Shown in pieces: positions 51,392 through 61,641 of a DNA stretch of 64,000 nucleotides. Origin of the DNA: an uncultured Spirochaetota bacterium (GTDB taxonomy: Bacteria > Spirochaetota > Spirochaetia > SZUA-6 > Fen-1364); the NCBI GenBank assembly GCA_963845535.1, contig CAWJSK010000012.1:96001-160000 (forward strand), given 5' to 3'. The notes beneath the pieces were generated by a model that saw only the letters and a list, made by a program, of their open reading frames with translations, was not told the origin of the DNA and ran no database searches. The stretch's first letter is position 1. The number at the start of each line of letters is the position of its first letter. The translations under genes and the position numbers were made by a program.

Positions 51392-53402
51392 CGGCCCGGC
51401 CGCCGGGGGACGTCCCAGGTTTGGCGTCCTGCTTTTGGCCCGCCGGGGACGCCTTGGCGCGACCGCTCGCGGCAAGAAGGCCGAAAAGAATCTCGCCTGA
51501 AAGCCGCCGCGAATCGATTGGCCCGACCTTCCCCGCGCCAGGGGCCGTTCCATCCTGGTCCCAGGCCGTGTGTTGGAAGAAAGAAGTGCCGGGCGCAAAC
51601 CCCACGCTGCCGGAGAGGCAAAGGCGGGAGACGTCGAGCAGGAGCTTCTTGAGCTCCCGTGAACCGGCAAGCTCCGCGAGGCGGCCGAGCAGGTACGCCG
51701 TCTCATTGCCGGCAAAGAGGAGGCGCTGGCGGACGAACGAATCCACCAACGTTCCATTCAGCCGCGGCTGCCCCTGCCCCTGCTCGCCGTGAGCTCGTAT
51801 CCAGGGGAGGAGAAGCGACGCGAACAGCCGCACGCTTTGCGCGGATTTCGATTTTACGGACGCGCTGCTCCCGGGAGGCTCGGCGGGCCTGAACCCGCGC
51901 CTGCGCAGCTCGAGGAACATCCGGACGGCGAGCAAGGCTGCGGCGCTGTCCGCATCTCGCCCTGCGCGAGAGGTGGGAGGATGAAAGACGTCCCACGACG
52001 CACGGGAAAACCGGGAAGCGATAGTCGCCAGGGCCTTCTTGTGCCTGTCCCTGCCCAGCCGATCCAGGACTCGGGCCAGCGGGAAAAAAAGCTCCCAGCA
52101 CGCGGTATCATCATCGCCGGGCACGAGGTCCCGCCCCGGCGTGTACAGGCTCCCTGGCAGGATGCATTTCCCCCTGTCATCGACGAACAGATCGACGAAC
52201 CGCTGCCCCGCGAGGAAATACTTTTCGAAAGGCAACCCTTCTCCGGCCAGGTCCTCCGCCAGCATGAGCAGCAGATCGGCAATCCGCGCCGACTGCGGGA
52301 TGGAAAGCGCTGCGCGCGCCGGCTGACCTTTCACCCCGCGCCACTCCCGGTCAGCCAGGTGATAGTTCTCATACAGGAGTCCCGAAGCGAGCTGGCCTTT
52401 GAGCGAGAAGTCCGCAAGCCGCAGGGCCGTCTCCCCCAGCCGCTGGTTACGCGGGAAAAGCCTGCGCAAGGATACGGCCAGGGCGAGGCCTGCCGCGGAG
52501 GAGACCCACGGGCTCCCGGGTACGTCGCGAAGCCCCGTCACGCCTCCCTCCTCAACCAGGTGAGTGGCAAGGACTCCCTCGGCTTCTCGGCCGAGCCTGG
52601 CCGAGGCCGGAGCGGATTTCTCCCGGCTCTTCGGGGCAGGCTCTGCTTTTGCGGCAGGTCCGGAAGCGAGTCTCCGGAGAACGGCCGCGGTGGCCGATTC
52701 AAGGATTTCCTCCCGCGGCGAAAAGGCGAGAAAAAGCTCGTGCGTCCGCTCGAGCGTTCCCGAGCATTCGATTCCGATGTCTTCTGGATCCCTTCTGTTC
52801 TCCGGCCTGGGTCCCGTGCGCGAAAAGGGCTCCTCCACCCCGGGGAACCTCACCTCGACGCGCAAGCGCCTTCCTGCCTCCTCATTCTCCACCCGACTGA
52901 TGCCAATGCTGGCGAGGTCCTCCCCGCTTCGTGCCTGGCGGGAAAAAACCGCGGCGGCCTGGTTTCCCAAGCGCACGATCAGCGCCGCAGGGTAGCTTGT
53001 CCGATCTCCAAAGAAGGAGACCTCTGCGGCGGGAAACCCTTCCTGGACGTGGACGCCGGGGAACAGGCAGATCGCGTCGTCCGGGGCCTCGAGCTCGACG
53101 TCGAGGAAGACCTTCACGAGCCCGGGAGTCATGACGTTCCAGCTCCTTGTCAGGGAGATCCCGGCCGCGTCCTCCGTTATCCTGTCCCTCACCATGCCAA
53201 AAAGGAAAAACGCCTTCACGTCCGCGACGGCCCGCGTTCCGGCGCCGCTCGTCTCCAGGACGACGCTCGCCGGTTCCCGGTCGTGCCCGTTCCAGGAGAA
53301 GCGGTACGGCAGAAAAAAACGTATGCCGCTTTCCGTCGTGATGCTGATGGTTCGTGAGTCCGGCTGAGTGATCTTCATGGGCTTTGGGTCGGGCATCATC
53401 AT
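51330..53402 (-). CDS. Large hypothetical protein (about 690 aa)
   Basis: Long ORF, beta-rich N-half and helical C-half; start chosen to avoid overlap with radA; 3' end overlaps nadE by about 60 bp. Confidence 0.6.
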   Translation of the reverse strand: MMMPDPKPMKITQPDSRTISITTESGIRFFLPYRFSWNGHDREPASVVLETSGAGTRAVADVKAFFLFGMVRDRITEDAAGISLTRSWNVMTPGLVKVFLDVELEAPDDAICLFPGVHVQEGFPAAEVSFFGDRTSYPAALIVRLGNQAAAVFSRQARSGEDLASIGISRVENEEAGRRLRVEVRFPGVEEPFSRTGPRPENRRDPEDIGIECSGTLERTHELFLAFSPREEILESATAAVLRRLASGPAAKAEPAPKSREKSAPASARLGREAEGVLATHLVEEGGVTGLRDVPGSPWVSSAAGLALAVSLRRLFPRNQRLGETALRLADFSLKGQLASGLLYENYHLADREWRGVKGQPARAALSIPQSARIADLLLMLAEDLAGEGLPFEKYFLAGQRFVDLFVDDRGKCILPGSLYTPGRDLVPGDDDTACWELFFPLARVLDRLGRDRHKKALATIASRFSRASWDVFHPPTSRAGRDADSAAALLAVRMFLELRRRGFRPAEPPGSSASVKSKSAQSVRLFASLLLPWIRAHGEQGQGQPRLNGTLVDSFVRQRLLFAGNETAYLLGRLAELAGSRELKKLLLDVSRLCLSGSVGFAPGTSFFQHTAWDQDGTAPGAGKVGPIDSRRLSGEILFGLLAASGRAKASPAGQKQDAKPGTSPGGRAVKPSGQSARGARSRKPSGKP

Positions 53403-53453
53403 AGCGGTGAGGGACGCCTTGCGCAACGCGCTCCGTGCCCCTATCCTCGGGAA

Positions 53454-54827
53454 ATGCGGCCCAAAACGCTCTTCGAATGCACCGGTTGCGGACACCAGGA
53501 ACCGAAATGGCTGGGGCGCTGCCCATCATGCGGGAAGTGGAACAGTTTCTCGGAGGTTGCCGGCGCCGCTCTCCCCGCGCGCGGATCAACGGATCGCGCC
53601 AACGGAAAGGGGCTGGCCATCCCGCTCTCTTCCATCGAGACGCGGGAGGGCATGAGGCTCGACACCGGGATCGCCGAAATGAACAGGGTGCTGGGGGGCG
53701 GGTTGATGCGGGGGTCCTCCGTCCTGATGGGCGGCGAGCCGGGGATCGGCAAGTCCACACTGATGCTCCAGCTGGCCGCAAGCCTGCAGGTCCGGGGGAG
53801 GACCCTGTACGTGTCGGGGGAAGAATCGCCGGGGCAGCTTCGCATGCGGGCGGACAGGATTGCCGTCTCCTCTGAGCGCATCGAGGTGGTTTCCGAGACC
53901 GAGCTGACGGCCATCATGCAGGTCCTGGAGCAGGTGAAGCCGGTGCTCATCATCGTCGACTCCATCCAGACCCTTTACACGCGCGAGGTCAACGCCCTGC
54001 CGGGCACGGTCAACCAGATCAAGGTGTGCACGCAGGAGCTGGTGGACTGGGCGCGCTCCCGGGGGGCGGCCGTGCTGCTCGTGGCGCACGTTACCAAGGA
54101 AGGCACGATTGCCGGGCCGAAGCTGATCGAGCACCTCGTGGATACCGTCATCTCTTTCGAGCAGGCCAGCGCGGAGATCAGGACGCTGCAGGCCGTCAAG
54201 AACAGGTTCGGGTCAGTGGATGAGATCGGCTTCTTCCGAATGACGGAGACGGGCCTGGCCGAGGTGGATGACGCCACGAGCCTGTTCCTCACGCGGCGTG
54301 AGGGCGGAAATCCCCCCGGCGTGGCGGTGGCGCCAGTGTTCGAAGGTTCCCGCGTCCTGCTCGTGGAAATCCAGAGCCTCACCGTCCCGGCCAAGAGCGG
54401 CATCAGCAGGATCTATTCCGACAGGATCGACGGGGGGCGCGTGGCGCGGGTGGCCGCGGTGCTCGAAAAGCATCTCGACCTGCATCTCGCTGAGCACGAC
54501 ATCTACGTGAACGTTGCGGGCGGCATCCGCATTGCGGAGGTGGGCGTCGAGCTTCCCCTGGCTCTCGCGCTGTACTCGGCGCGCACGGGACTGGCGCTGC
54601 CTGCCGCCACGGCGGTCACGGGAGAGGTCAGCCTCACGGGGGAAGTGCGTCCGGTGCCGGGGATGGAGAAGCGGGCGCGGGCGTGTCGTGACATGGGATT
54701 CCAGACACTCATGGGCCCGGGGGGAGCAGGCGCGGACAGGCCAGAGACGGGAGCGTTCAGCGCCGTGGAAATGGTGAAAGAGGCGGTCCGGCTTGCATTC
54801 GCGCCGGCGTCAAAGGCCCAAAGCTGA
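53454..54827 (+). CDS. radA: DNA repair protein RadA/Sms
   Basis: Zn finger CxxC..KWLGRCPSC, GEPGIGKST, VDSIQT, KNRFG, Lon-like C-terminus. Confidence 0.96.
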   Translation: MRPKTLFECTGCGHQEPKWLGRCPSCGKWNSFSEVAGAALPARGSTDRANGKGLAIPLSSIETREGMRLDTGIAEMNRVLGGGLMRGSSVLMGGEPGIGKSTLMLQLAASLQVRGRTLYVSGEESPGQLRMRADRIAVSSERIEVVSETELTAIMQVLEQVKPVLIIVDSIQTLYTREVNALPGTVNQIKVCTQELVDWARSRGAAVLLVAHVTKEGTIAGPKLIEHLVDTVISFEQASAEIRTLQAVKNRFGSVDEIGFFRMTETGLAEVDDATSLFLTRREGGNPPGVAVAPVFEGSRVLLVEIQSLTVPAKSGISRIYSDRIDGGRVARVAAVLEKHLDLHLAEHDIYVNVAGGIRIAEVGVELPLALALYSARTGLALPAATAVTGEVSLTGEVRPVPGMEKRARACRDMGFQTLMGPGGAGADRPETGAFSAVEMVKEAVRLAFAPASKAQS

Positions 54828-55002
54828 GGGACATGAGCTCGCGGGGCTGTGGCGTAGAAGGATCATAGAGCGTGCAGCTTCATCGAGCCAGCGTGTCGAT
54901 CTTCAGCGTGGTGGCCGGCAGCTCTTTCCGTCCAACCAATTTTAAGCGTGGGAGGCCGGCATTTCCGGCGAAACGTCCTGAAATTTGTTGTATGTTAGGC
55001 CC

Positions 55003-55908
55003 ATGAACTACAGGACTCTCGGTTCAACCGGATTGAAGGTGTCTGTTGTCGGGCTGGGCACGTGGCAGCTCGGGGGCGAATGGGGGAAGCAGTTCACCCC
55101 GAAAGAGGTGAGTGAGATTTTCGATACGGCGCGCCAGCAGGGAATTACTCTCGTGGATACCGCGGAGTGCTATGGAGATCACCTCTCAGAGAAGCTCGTG
55201 GGCCAGGCAGTCAAAGCGGACCGGCCGCGCTGGATCATCGCAACGAAGTTCGGACACCGCTACACAACGCCTTTCGAGCGGGAGCAGTTGTGGAGCGTAG
55301 CTGACGTGCAGAGACAGCTTGAGGATTCTCTCAAGGCGCTTGCCATCGACACGATCGATCTCTACCAGTTCCACTCCGGAACGAACGCTGTGTTTGAAAA
55401 CGACGCCCTCTGGACCATGCTCGACAAACAAAAGGCGTCAGGAAAAATCGGACACATTGGCATGTCGATCTCCAGCTCCATGGGCCAGGAGGACCAGGTC
55501 CGCCAGGCGCAACGCGCCCGTGCGGTGGGGGCGGAAAGCCTCCAGGTGGTATACAACCGGCTGCAGAAGACTCCCGAGGAGTCGATCTTCCCGATCTGTC
55601 TGCAGGACAAGCTCGGCGTCCTGGCCCGTGTCCCCCTGGCAAGCGGCTTTCTCAGCGGAAAGTACCGGGAAGGCGCCCAGTTCGGTTCTGATGATTTTCG
55701 ATCAAGAAAAACTTCGCAGGAGCTGGATGGGATGGCCGCGGAGGCGCGGAGGATCCGAGAGCAGGAGGTTCCCGCGGGGGTTGGCATGGCGGCGTGGGCA
55801 CTTGCTTGGTGCCTCAGGAACCCCGCCGTGACGGCGGTGATCCCGGGGTGCAAGAATGCCGAGCAGGTGACGCAGAACGCCAGTGCGGTGGAGTTGCTGA
55901 CGAGGTAG
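55003..55908 (+). CDS. Aldo/keto reductase
   Basis: GLGTWQLGG, DTAECYG, IATKFG, IDLYQFH, VPLASG. Confidence 0.92.
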   Translation: MNYRTLGSTGLKVSVVGLGTWQLGGEWGKQFTPKEVSEIFDTARQQGITLVDTAECYGDHLSEKLVGQAVKADRPRWIIATKFGHRYTTPFEREQLWSVADVQRQLEDSLKALAIDTIDLYQFHSGTNAVFENDALWTMLDKQKASGKIGHIGMSISSSMGQEDQVRQAQRARAVGAESLQVVYNRLQKTPEESIFPICLQDKLGVLARVPLASGFLSGKYREGAQFGSDDFRSRKTSQELDGMAAEARRIREQEVPAGVGMAAWALAWCLRNPAVTAVIPGCKNAEQVTQNASAVELLTR

Positions 55909-55919
55909 CCGCAGAGATG

Positions 55920-55949
55920 GGAAGGCCCGCCTTCTCTGGCGGGCCTTCC
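55920..55949. terminator. Stem-loop between convergent genes
   Basis: GGAAGGCCCGCC / GGCGGGCCTTCC 12-bp perfect stem. Confidence 0.65.
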
Positions 55950-55959
55950 GGAAAGTTCC

Positions 55960-56704
55960 AGAATGCCGTTGTATTTGAGCCCGATGGTTGCAGTGAGGAC
56001 CACAAAGAATCTGTGTAGGTCTTGCCGTCAACAAAGGTGTAGTTGTTTTGGTTGAATGCCAGAGGGGGTACGCTGCGTAATGTTCGTAAGCCCCATGTTG
56101 AACTGAACAGCTGAAGGAGAAAGGAAAAGATTGCTGCTCAGCGCAATGTCCGCTCCACCGGTAAAATGGAGACCGAACGCCGCGATAAGCGTGGTGCATT
56201 GAGCTGAGAGTCAGGAGGTCGGCGAAGAAGATCCAAGGGGCCAAGCTATTTGTTATGTTCGTTGAGTTGGCCGCCCATGAAATGGCCGATAAAAGCCGCC
56301 CGCCCGCAAGCTAAGGCTCACTGGCTTTGCGAAAGCGGGATTCTCGATGTCAGCGCAAAAGGGACGATGAGATAGACATAATTATTGTCAGATGATTGTA
56401 TCCGTAAACGCCACAGCGGGGGAGGGAAATTCACGATGCCGTGATTGGTCAGGTAGTCATACTCGAGGCCTGTGGATATGCCAAGATCCACAGGACCAAG
56501 ACTGAGCAGGAAAAGGTCGGCTTCTAACCCACCTTGGAGAGCAAGCCTCGGAGATCCCGTTTCTGCGGAGTTGGTTGGTCGATCCAGAGCCCAAGCCCAC
56601 CCGCAACCTTCGCTTCAATGTCCAGACCGATGGCGCCGGCAGCGAGAGGTAGCGCAAGTGCAATAAGGGCAGCCAAGACCATGAGTGAACCAAAAATGAC
56701 GCAT
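55960..56704 (-). pseudogene. Multiply frameshifted outer-membrane beta-barrel-like gene
   Basis: RBS GGAGG plus ATG 56704; stitching frames gives a signal peptide then LDIEAKVAGGLG..GGLEADLF..GLEYDY..YVYLIVPFAL..LRAGGFIG..FGLHFTGGADI..VQFNMGLTNI..TIGLKY. Confidence 0.6.
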
Positions 56705-56834
56705 TTTCCACCTCCACGTTGAAGTACATAGATGCGCAATGCATAGGTTCTCTATGCATTGGCAGCCTATACTAAGGGCAGGTGGTCACCTTGTCAACGA
56801 AAACCTTCAGCCGAAAACTTTCCGACGAAAATCT

Positions 56835-58340
56835 TCACACTCCGCGCGCGAGATGGTAGTAGGCCCCGTTCCACCGAAGCTCTTTCTTGAAGCCGGATAC
56901 CGTGGTGTCCTTCCCTATCAGGACGAACTCCATTCCCGCCATGTCCGCAAAGTCCTCCAGGTGTTGGGCGGTCACCGAGTGGCTGAAGCCCGTGTGGTGA
57001 GCGCCTCCGGCGAGGATCCATGCCGCGGCAGCCACTTTCAGGTTGGGCCGCGGGGTCCACAGGGCGCGCGCCACGGGCAGCTTCGGCAGCGGCTCCAGGG
57101 GCGGGACAACGTCCACCTCGTTCACGATCATGCGGAACCTGTCCCCCATGTCGACGATGGTTGCGTTGACGGCGGGACCGGCTTTCGCGGTGAAAACAAG
57201 CCGCGCGGGATCTTCCTTGCCTCCGATGGAAAGCGGATGCATCTCCAGGGACGGCTTGCCGTCCGCAATGGATTCGCAGACCTCCAGCATGTGGGCCCCG
57301 AGGACCTTCATTCCGCTCGGATCGAAGTGGTACGTGTAGTCTTCCATGAAGGAAACTCCGCCCGGCAGCCCCGTGGCCATCACCTTCATGGAGCGTACGA
57401 GGGCCGCGGTCTTCCAGTCCCCCTCCCCGCCGAATCCGTATCCGTCCGCCATCAGGCGCTGGACGGCAATACCCGGTAACTGGGGAAGGCCGTGGAGGTC
57501 CTGGAAGTTCGTGGTGAACGCGTCGAATCCTCCGTCCTCCAGGAACCCGCGCATCCCCAGCTCGATGCGCGCGGCTTCCTTGAGCGCCTGCCGCTTCGCG
57601 CCACCCTGTTTCAAGTCCTTTTGAACCGTGTATTTCAGATCGTACTCGGAAAGGAGCCTGTCGGTCTGGGCATCCGTAACCGCGCGCACGCGCTCCACGA
57701 GGTCGCCAATTCCGAAACCATTCACCGAGTAGCCGAAGCGCATCTGCGCTTCCACCTTGTCACCTTCAGTCACCGCCACTTCGCGCATGTTGTCCCCGAA
57801 CCGAGCCACCTTGAGGCCCTGGGCATCATGCCAGGCAGCCGCGGCCCGCATCCACGTGGCCAGCTCCGCGAGCGTCTCCGCGTCCTTCCAGTGTCCCACC
57901 ACCACCTTGCGGTTTATGCGCATCCTGCTGCCCATGAACCCGAACTCCCGGTCCCCGTGGGCGGACTGGTTCGTGTTCATGAAGTTCATGTCCATGGTGG
58001 ACCAGGGAATGTCACGATTGAACTGCGTGTGAAGGTGCGCGAATGGCTTCTGGAGGGCGGCCAGCCCCGCAATCCACATCTTGGCCGGGGAAAACGTGTG
58101 CATCCAGGTGATGATACCCACACAGTTCGGGGAAGAGTTCGCCTCACGGACCAGGCGAAGGATGGAGTCGGAGTCCGTGGACACCGGCTTGAACACTACG
58201 CTCAGGGGTATCTGCGGCGATCCCGACAGGGACCGCGCGATTTCCTGGGAATGCTGCGCGACGGTGTCAAGAACTTCCTTGCCGTACAGCACCTGGCTTC
58301 CCGTGACAAACCATGCTTCGAGCTTCTTGAGATCGATCAT
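56835..58340 (-). CDS. araA: L-arabinose isomerase
   Basis: [54 protein letters not shown]. Confidence 0.96.
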   Translation of the reverse strand: MIDLKKLEAWFVTGSQVLYGKEVLDTVAQHSQEIARSLSGSPQIPLSVVFKPVSTDSDSILRLVREANSSPNCVGIITWMHTFSPAKMWIAGLAALQKPFAHLHTQFNRDIPWSTMDMNFMNTNQSAHGDREFGFMGSRMRINRKVVVGHWKDAETLAELATWMRAAAAWHDAQGLKVARFGDNMREVAVTEGDKVEAQMRFGYSVNGFGIGDLVERVRAVTDAQTDRLLSEYDLKYTVQKDLKQGGAKRQALKEAARIELGMRGFLEDGGFDAFTTNFQDLHGLPQLPGIAVQRLMADGYGFGGEGDWKTAALVRSMKVMATGLPGGVSFMEDYTYHFDPSGMKVLGAHMLEVCESIADGKPSLEMHPLSIGGKEDPARLVFTAKAGPAVNATIVDMGDRFRMIVNEVDVVPPLEPLPKLPVARALWTPRPNLKVAAAAWILAGGAHHTGFSHSVTAQHLEDFADMAGMEFVLIGKDTTVSGFKKELRWNGAYYHLARGV

Positions 58341-58369
58341 CCCGGTCCTCCCTACAGCTATTTGCCGTG

Positions 58370-58398
58370 AGTATAGCGGCCGCGAACACGCGAGGCAA
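58370..58398 (-). promoter_or_regulatory. Sigma70-like promoter for araA
   Basis: Minus strand TTGCCT, 17 bp, TATACT about 30 nt before the ATG. Confidence 0.55.
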
Positions 58399-58445
58399 CC
58401 TGGACGCGGGTCAGGGCCCCGCCTGCGCACGGCTGGTAGCGCTGG

Positions 58446-59357
58446 CTAGGGAAACTCCTCACGCAGCGCGGCGAGCGACTCCTCCAACTGGCCGCGAAGC
58501 AGGCCGTCCGTGTACTCCCGCCCGAGCTTCGGCCCGGGAAGCTCGAGGTAGCCGGTGACGTCATCCGTTGGAAAACGCGCGGAATTCCTCGACAAAAAAG
58601 CACGCAGTCGCTTGAGGTCGACAATGCCGTGCGCCCGCTCCGCCGGACTGAAGCCAAAGGTCGAATTGAAGATGGAGTCTGTGTTCTTGAAATGGAACTC
58701 CCACATCCAGGGAATTTCCAGCTCGAACATGTCCCAATTGTCATGCAGGACGTGCTTCTGCTCGTCAGCAACTCCATGAGAGATATCCCCGCACAGGTAG
58801 AGCGGGACTGTTTCATCCGGGGCAGCCGCATGAGCGGCGTCGAAGACACCGGTCATCTCCCGCACGTGCTCCGGCGTGGACGGGTACTCCCAGACCGAGG
58901 ACATCGGCTCGATCGTGATCCCGCGAAGCCCTTCCCGCCTGGCAAGGCGCATCAGCTCCTTCAGGTTGGCGAAAAAGCATTCCTGGCCGCGCGCGCGCCT
59001 CTCTGGCTGGTCCCTCATCAGGATGCCGGCGCTGGAACCTGCGGTGTCGGCGCCCACCAGGGCAGCCACATGGATCAGGCGCTCCCATCCCCAACGCGCA
59101 GTCGCCTCCAGGGACGGGTCCCCGCTCCCCCAGCCCCCCATTTCCCGGTGGGACGTAAAAACGCTCGATATCCGGATTCCTTTTTTCTCCGCGGTCCCGC
59201 GCAGCCGCCTGAACCAGCTCTCATCCGCCGTGAAGGTGGGGAAGGAGCTGCCCATCTGGAGACGGTCCACATGGAAGTCAGCCATGACGCCGAACAGCCA
59301 GTCGAAGCTGTAGCGGTTTTCGATTGGATCACTTTTGACCCCGAGGCGGACCGTCAT
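58446..59357 (-). CDS. Sugar phosphate isomerase/epimerase (xylose isomerase-like TIM barrel)
   Basis: TIEPMS, CGDISHG, FHFKNTD, YLE metal-ligand pattern; start MTVRLGVKSDP overlaps the upstream stop. Confidence 0.75.
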   Translation of the reverse strand: MTVRLGVKSDPIENRYSFDWLFGVMADFHVDRLQMGSSFPTFTADESWFRRLRGTAEKKGIRISSVFTSHREMGGWGSGDPSLEATARWGWERLIHVAALVGADTAGSSAGILMRDQPERRARGQECFFANLKELMRLARREGLRGITIEPMSSVWEYPSTPEHVREMTGVFDAAHAAAPDETVPLYLCGDISHGVADEQKHVLHDNWDMFELEIPWMWEFHFKNTDSIFNSTFGFSPAERAHGIVDLKRLRAFLSRNSARFPTDDVTGYLELPGPKLGREYTDGLLRGQLEESLAALREEFP

Positions 59358-60388
59358 AGTGCAAACACGACCTTGTTGAAAGATTCGGTTCGCGAAACGA
59401 CGCGGCGAAACACATCCACGCCCTCGGCAAGCTTGGGAGTGTGGCTGATCAGGCGCGCCACTTCGATGGTCCGGCCAAGGCTGGAGAGAACCGTGGTCCA
59501 CTCGTTCCTGCCCTCGGGGACCACGCGTGAGTTCCACGTCCCGCGGATGACGAGCTCGCGCCGCAGGATGGAGGAAAAATCCTTCTCCCCGATCTGAAAG
59601 CTTCCCCGTATGTTTCCCAGGAACACCACCTCGCCGAAACGCGCCGCCGCCATGACAGCCTGGAGGAACGTCTGGGGGAGGCCGACCGCCTCGACTACCC
59701 TGTCAGCGCCGTAGCCGCCCGTTTCTTCCAGTATCTGAGCCACGGGGTCGCCTTTTTGGGAGTCGACGGGAATGAAACCCATGTCCGAGGCAAGGAAAAG
59801 CTTTTGACGGTCGATGTCAACCAGGAACACGCGTGAGCAGCCGCGCAAGCGCATCCACTGGGCCGCCATGTTTCCTATGGGGCCCGCGCCGAACACGGCG
59901 CCCGTGTCACCGGCGCGGATGGAAAGCTTCCCGACTCCATGCAGCGCCACGGCGCACGGCTCGGTCATGGCGGCGTCACGCATTTCAACCCCTTCGGGGA
60001 CGGGCAGGAGGTTCGCGTCCGGCGCCCACACCCGTTCGGCAAAAGCCCCATCCCTTCGGGAGCCCAGGTAATCATAGTCAACGCACTGGGCGAAGTCGCC
60101 GGTCTGACAGGGAATGCAGCGGCGGCACGGAATCAAGGGAAAAACGATCACACGCGCGCCCTTTGGGAACTTCCCGCCCTGCGCTGGCTCGTCAACGACC
60201 CCCGAGAGCTCGTGTCCCATGATCAGCGGGTAATGATAGGAGGCTCCCTCGAAACCGCGATGAATGTCGGAGTTGCAGATGCCGGAGTAAGAAACTCGAA
60301 TGAGGGCCCAACCCGGTCCAGGGCGCTCGGGCTCCGGGACGTCTTTGTATTCAAGCGTTTTGTCTCTCACAAGGACGAGAGCTTTCAT
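59354..60388 (-). CDS. Zn-dependent sugar-alcohol dehydrogenase (galactitol-1-phosphate 5-dehydrogenase-like)
   Basis: GICNSD, GHE, CxxCxxC..C, YLGSRRDG, GAGPIG, ILRRELVIRGTWNS. Confidence 0.85.
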   Translation of the reverse strand: MKALVLVRDKTLEYKDVPEPERPGPGWALIRVSYSGICNSDIHRGFEGASYHYPLIMGHELSGVVDEPAQGGKFPKGARVIVFPLIPCRRCIPCQTGDFAQCVDYDYLGSRRDGAFAERVWAPDANLLPVPEGVEMRDAAMTEPCAVALHGVGKLSIRAGDTGAVFGAGPIGNMAAQWMRLRGCSRVFLVDIDRQKLFLASDMGFIPVDSQKGDPVAQILEETGGYGADRVVEAVGLPQTFLQAVMAAARFGEVVFLGNIRGSFQIGEKDFSSILRRELVIRGTWNSRVVPEGRNEWTTVLSSLGRTIEVARLISHTPKLAEGVDVFRRVVSRTESFNKVVFAL

Positions 60389-60433
60389 GAAAGCCAACGG
60401 TACACAACCTCGCCTTGACAATCAAGTGGTTTG

Positions 60434-60495
60434 TGATCGATTTTGCTCTTTAATGATCGAAATTGCTTGAAATTCTGCTCTGATTTGAGTATGAT
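60434..60495. promoter_or_regulatory. Divergent control region with direct repeats and a promoter
   Basis: TGATCGATTTTGCT (60434-60447) and TGATCGAAATTGCT (60454-60467) at a 20-bp period; TTGAAA, 17 bp, TATGAT (60467-60495). Confidence 0.55.
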
Positions 60496-60579
60496 AACAC
60501 CAAGACGCTGGCAAAGTCAGAACAGTGAATCCCATGTGCATGCCAGCCGTGCGCCGGCGCCTCTGCCATGGAGGGCTTC

Positions 60580-61641
60580 ATGAAGGCTGCAATTCTCGAA
60601 TCCCTTGGAAAAATCACCGTGCAAGACACGAGTGAGCCTGACTGCGGGGAAAACGAGGCCATTCTCAAAGTGAACGCCTGCGCCGTCTGCGGGTCCGATA
60701 TCCGCATTTTCCACTACGGCAACGAGAGGGTGAAGCCGCCAACCGTCATTGGCCACGAGATCGCCGGAGAAATCGTCCGCGTTGGCAAGGCTGTGAAAAG
60801 CGTCAAGGAAGGAGACCGGGTGGCGCTCGGCGCGGATGTGCCCTGCGGAACGTGCTACTGGTGCACGAACGGGATGGGGACCAACTGCAGGATCAACTAC
60901 GCCATCGGCTACCAGTTTCCGGGCGGTTTCCAGGAACGCATGGTCCTGAACGAGACCACTTTGAAATACGGCCCGGTCACGCCCATGCCGGCAGGGCTCC
61001 GCTTCGCGGAGGCGGCAATCGCGGAGCCGCTCGCCTGCGCCGTCAACGGCCTTGAGCTTGCGCAGTTCGGCATGGGAAAAAGCATCTGCATCATCGGGCT
61101 CGGGCCCATCGGGTGCATGATGCTGGAGCTGTCGAAAGTGTTCGGCGCCTCACGCGTGTTTGCCGCCCAGCGCTCGCGCGCGCGGATGGAAATGGCGCGG
61201 CAGTTCCTGCCCTCGGCGCGCTTCATTGCCGCCGAGGACGAGGATCTCGTCGACGTGGTCATGCGGGAGACCGACGGCGAAGGGGTGGACCTGGCAATCA
61301 CGACAGCGGGCACGGTCCAGGCGCATGCGGATGCAATCCGCATGGTCCGCCACCGCGGCTTCGTGAACCTCTTCGGCGGCCTGAAGAACCAGCCCGCGCT
61401 GGCCCTCGACTCGAACCTCATCCATTACAAGGAATGCTTCGTCATGGGCAGCCACGGCTCGTTGCCGCGCCACCACCGCACCGCCGTCGGGCTGATTGCG
61501 AGCGGCGCCGTGCAGGCAAAGAAGTACATCTCCAGGGTTTTCCCGATTGCCGGGACGCGGGAGGCCTTCGCGTTCCATGAGTCGCGGGCCGGACTGAAAG
61601 TCCTGGTTGCCCCCAACGGGGAAGATGCGGCATGGTCGTGA
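60580..61641 (+). CDS. Zn-dependent alcohol/polyol dehydrogenase (iditol 2-dehydrogenase-like)
   Basis: CGSD, GHE, CGTCYWC..C, EPLAC, GLGPIG, NLFGG. Confidence 0.85.
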   Translation: MKAAILESLGKITVQDTSEPDCGENEAILKVNACAVCGSDIRIFHYGNERVKPPTVIGHEIAGEIVRVGKAVKSVKEGDRVALGADVPCGTCYWCTNGMGTNCRINYAIGYQFPGGFQERMVLNETTLKYGPVTPMPAGLRFAEAAIAEPLACAVNGLELAQFGMGKSICIIGLGPIGCMMLELSKVFGASRVFAAQRSRARMEMARQFLPSARFIAAEDEDLVDVVMRETDGEGVDLAITTAGTVQAHADAIRMVRHRGFVNLFGGLKNQPALALDSNLIHYKECFVMGSHGSLPRHHRTAVGLIASGAVQAKKYISRVFPIAGTREAFAFHESRAGLKVLVAPNGEDAAWS

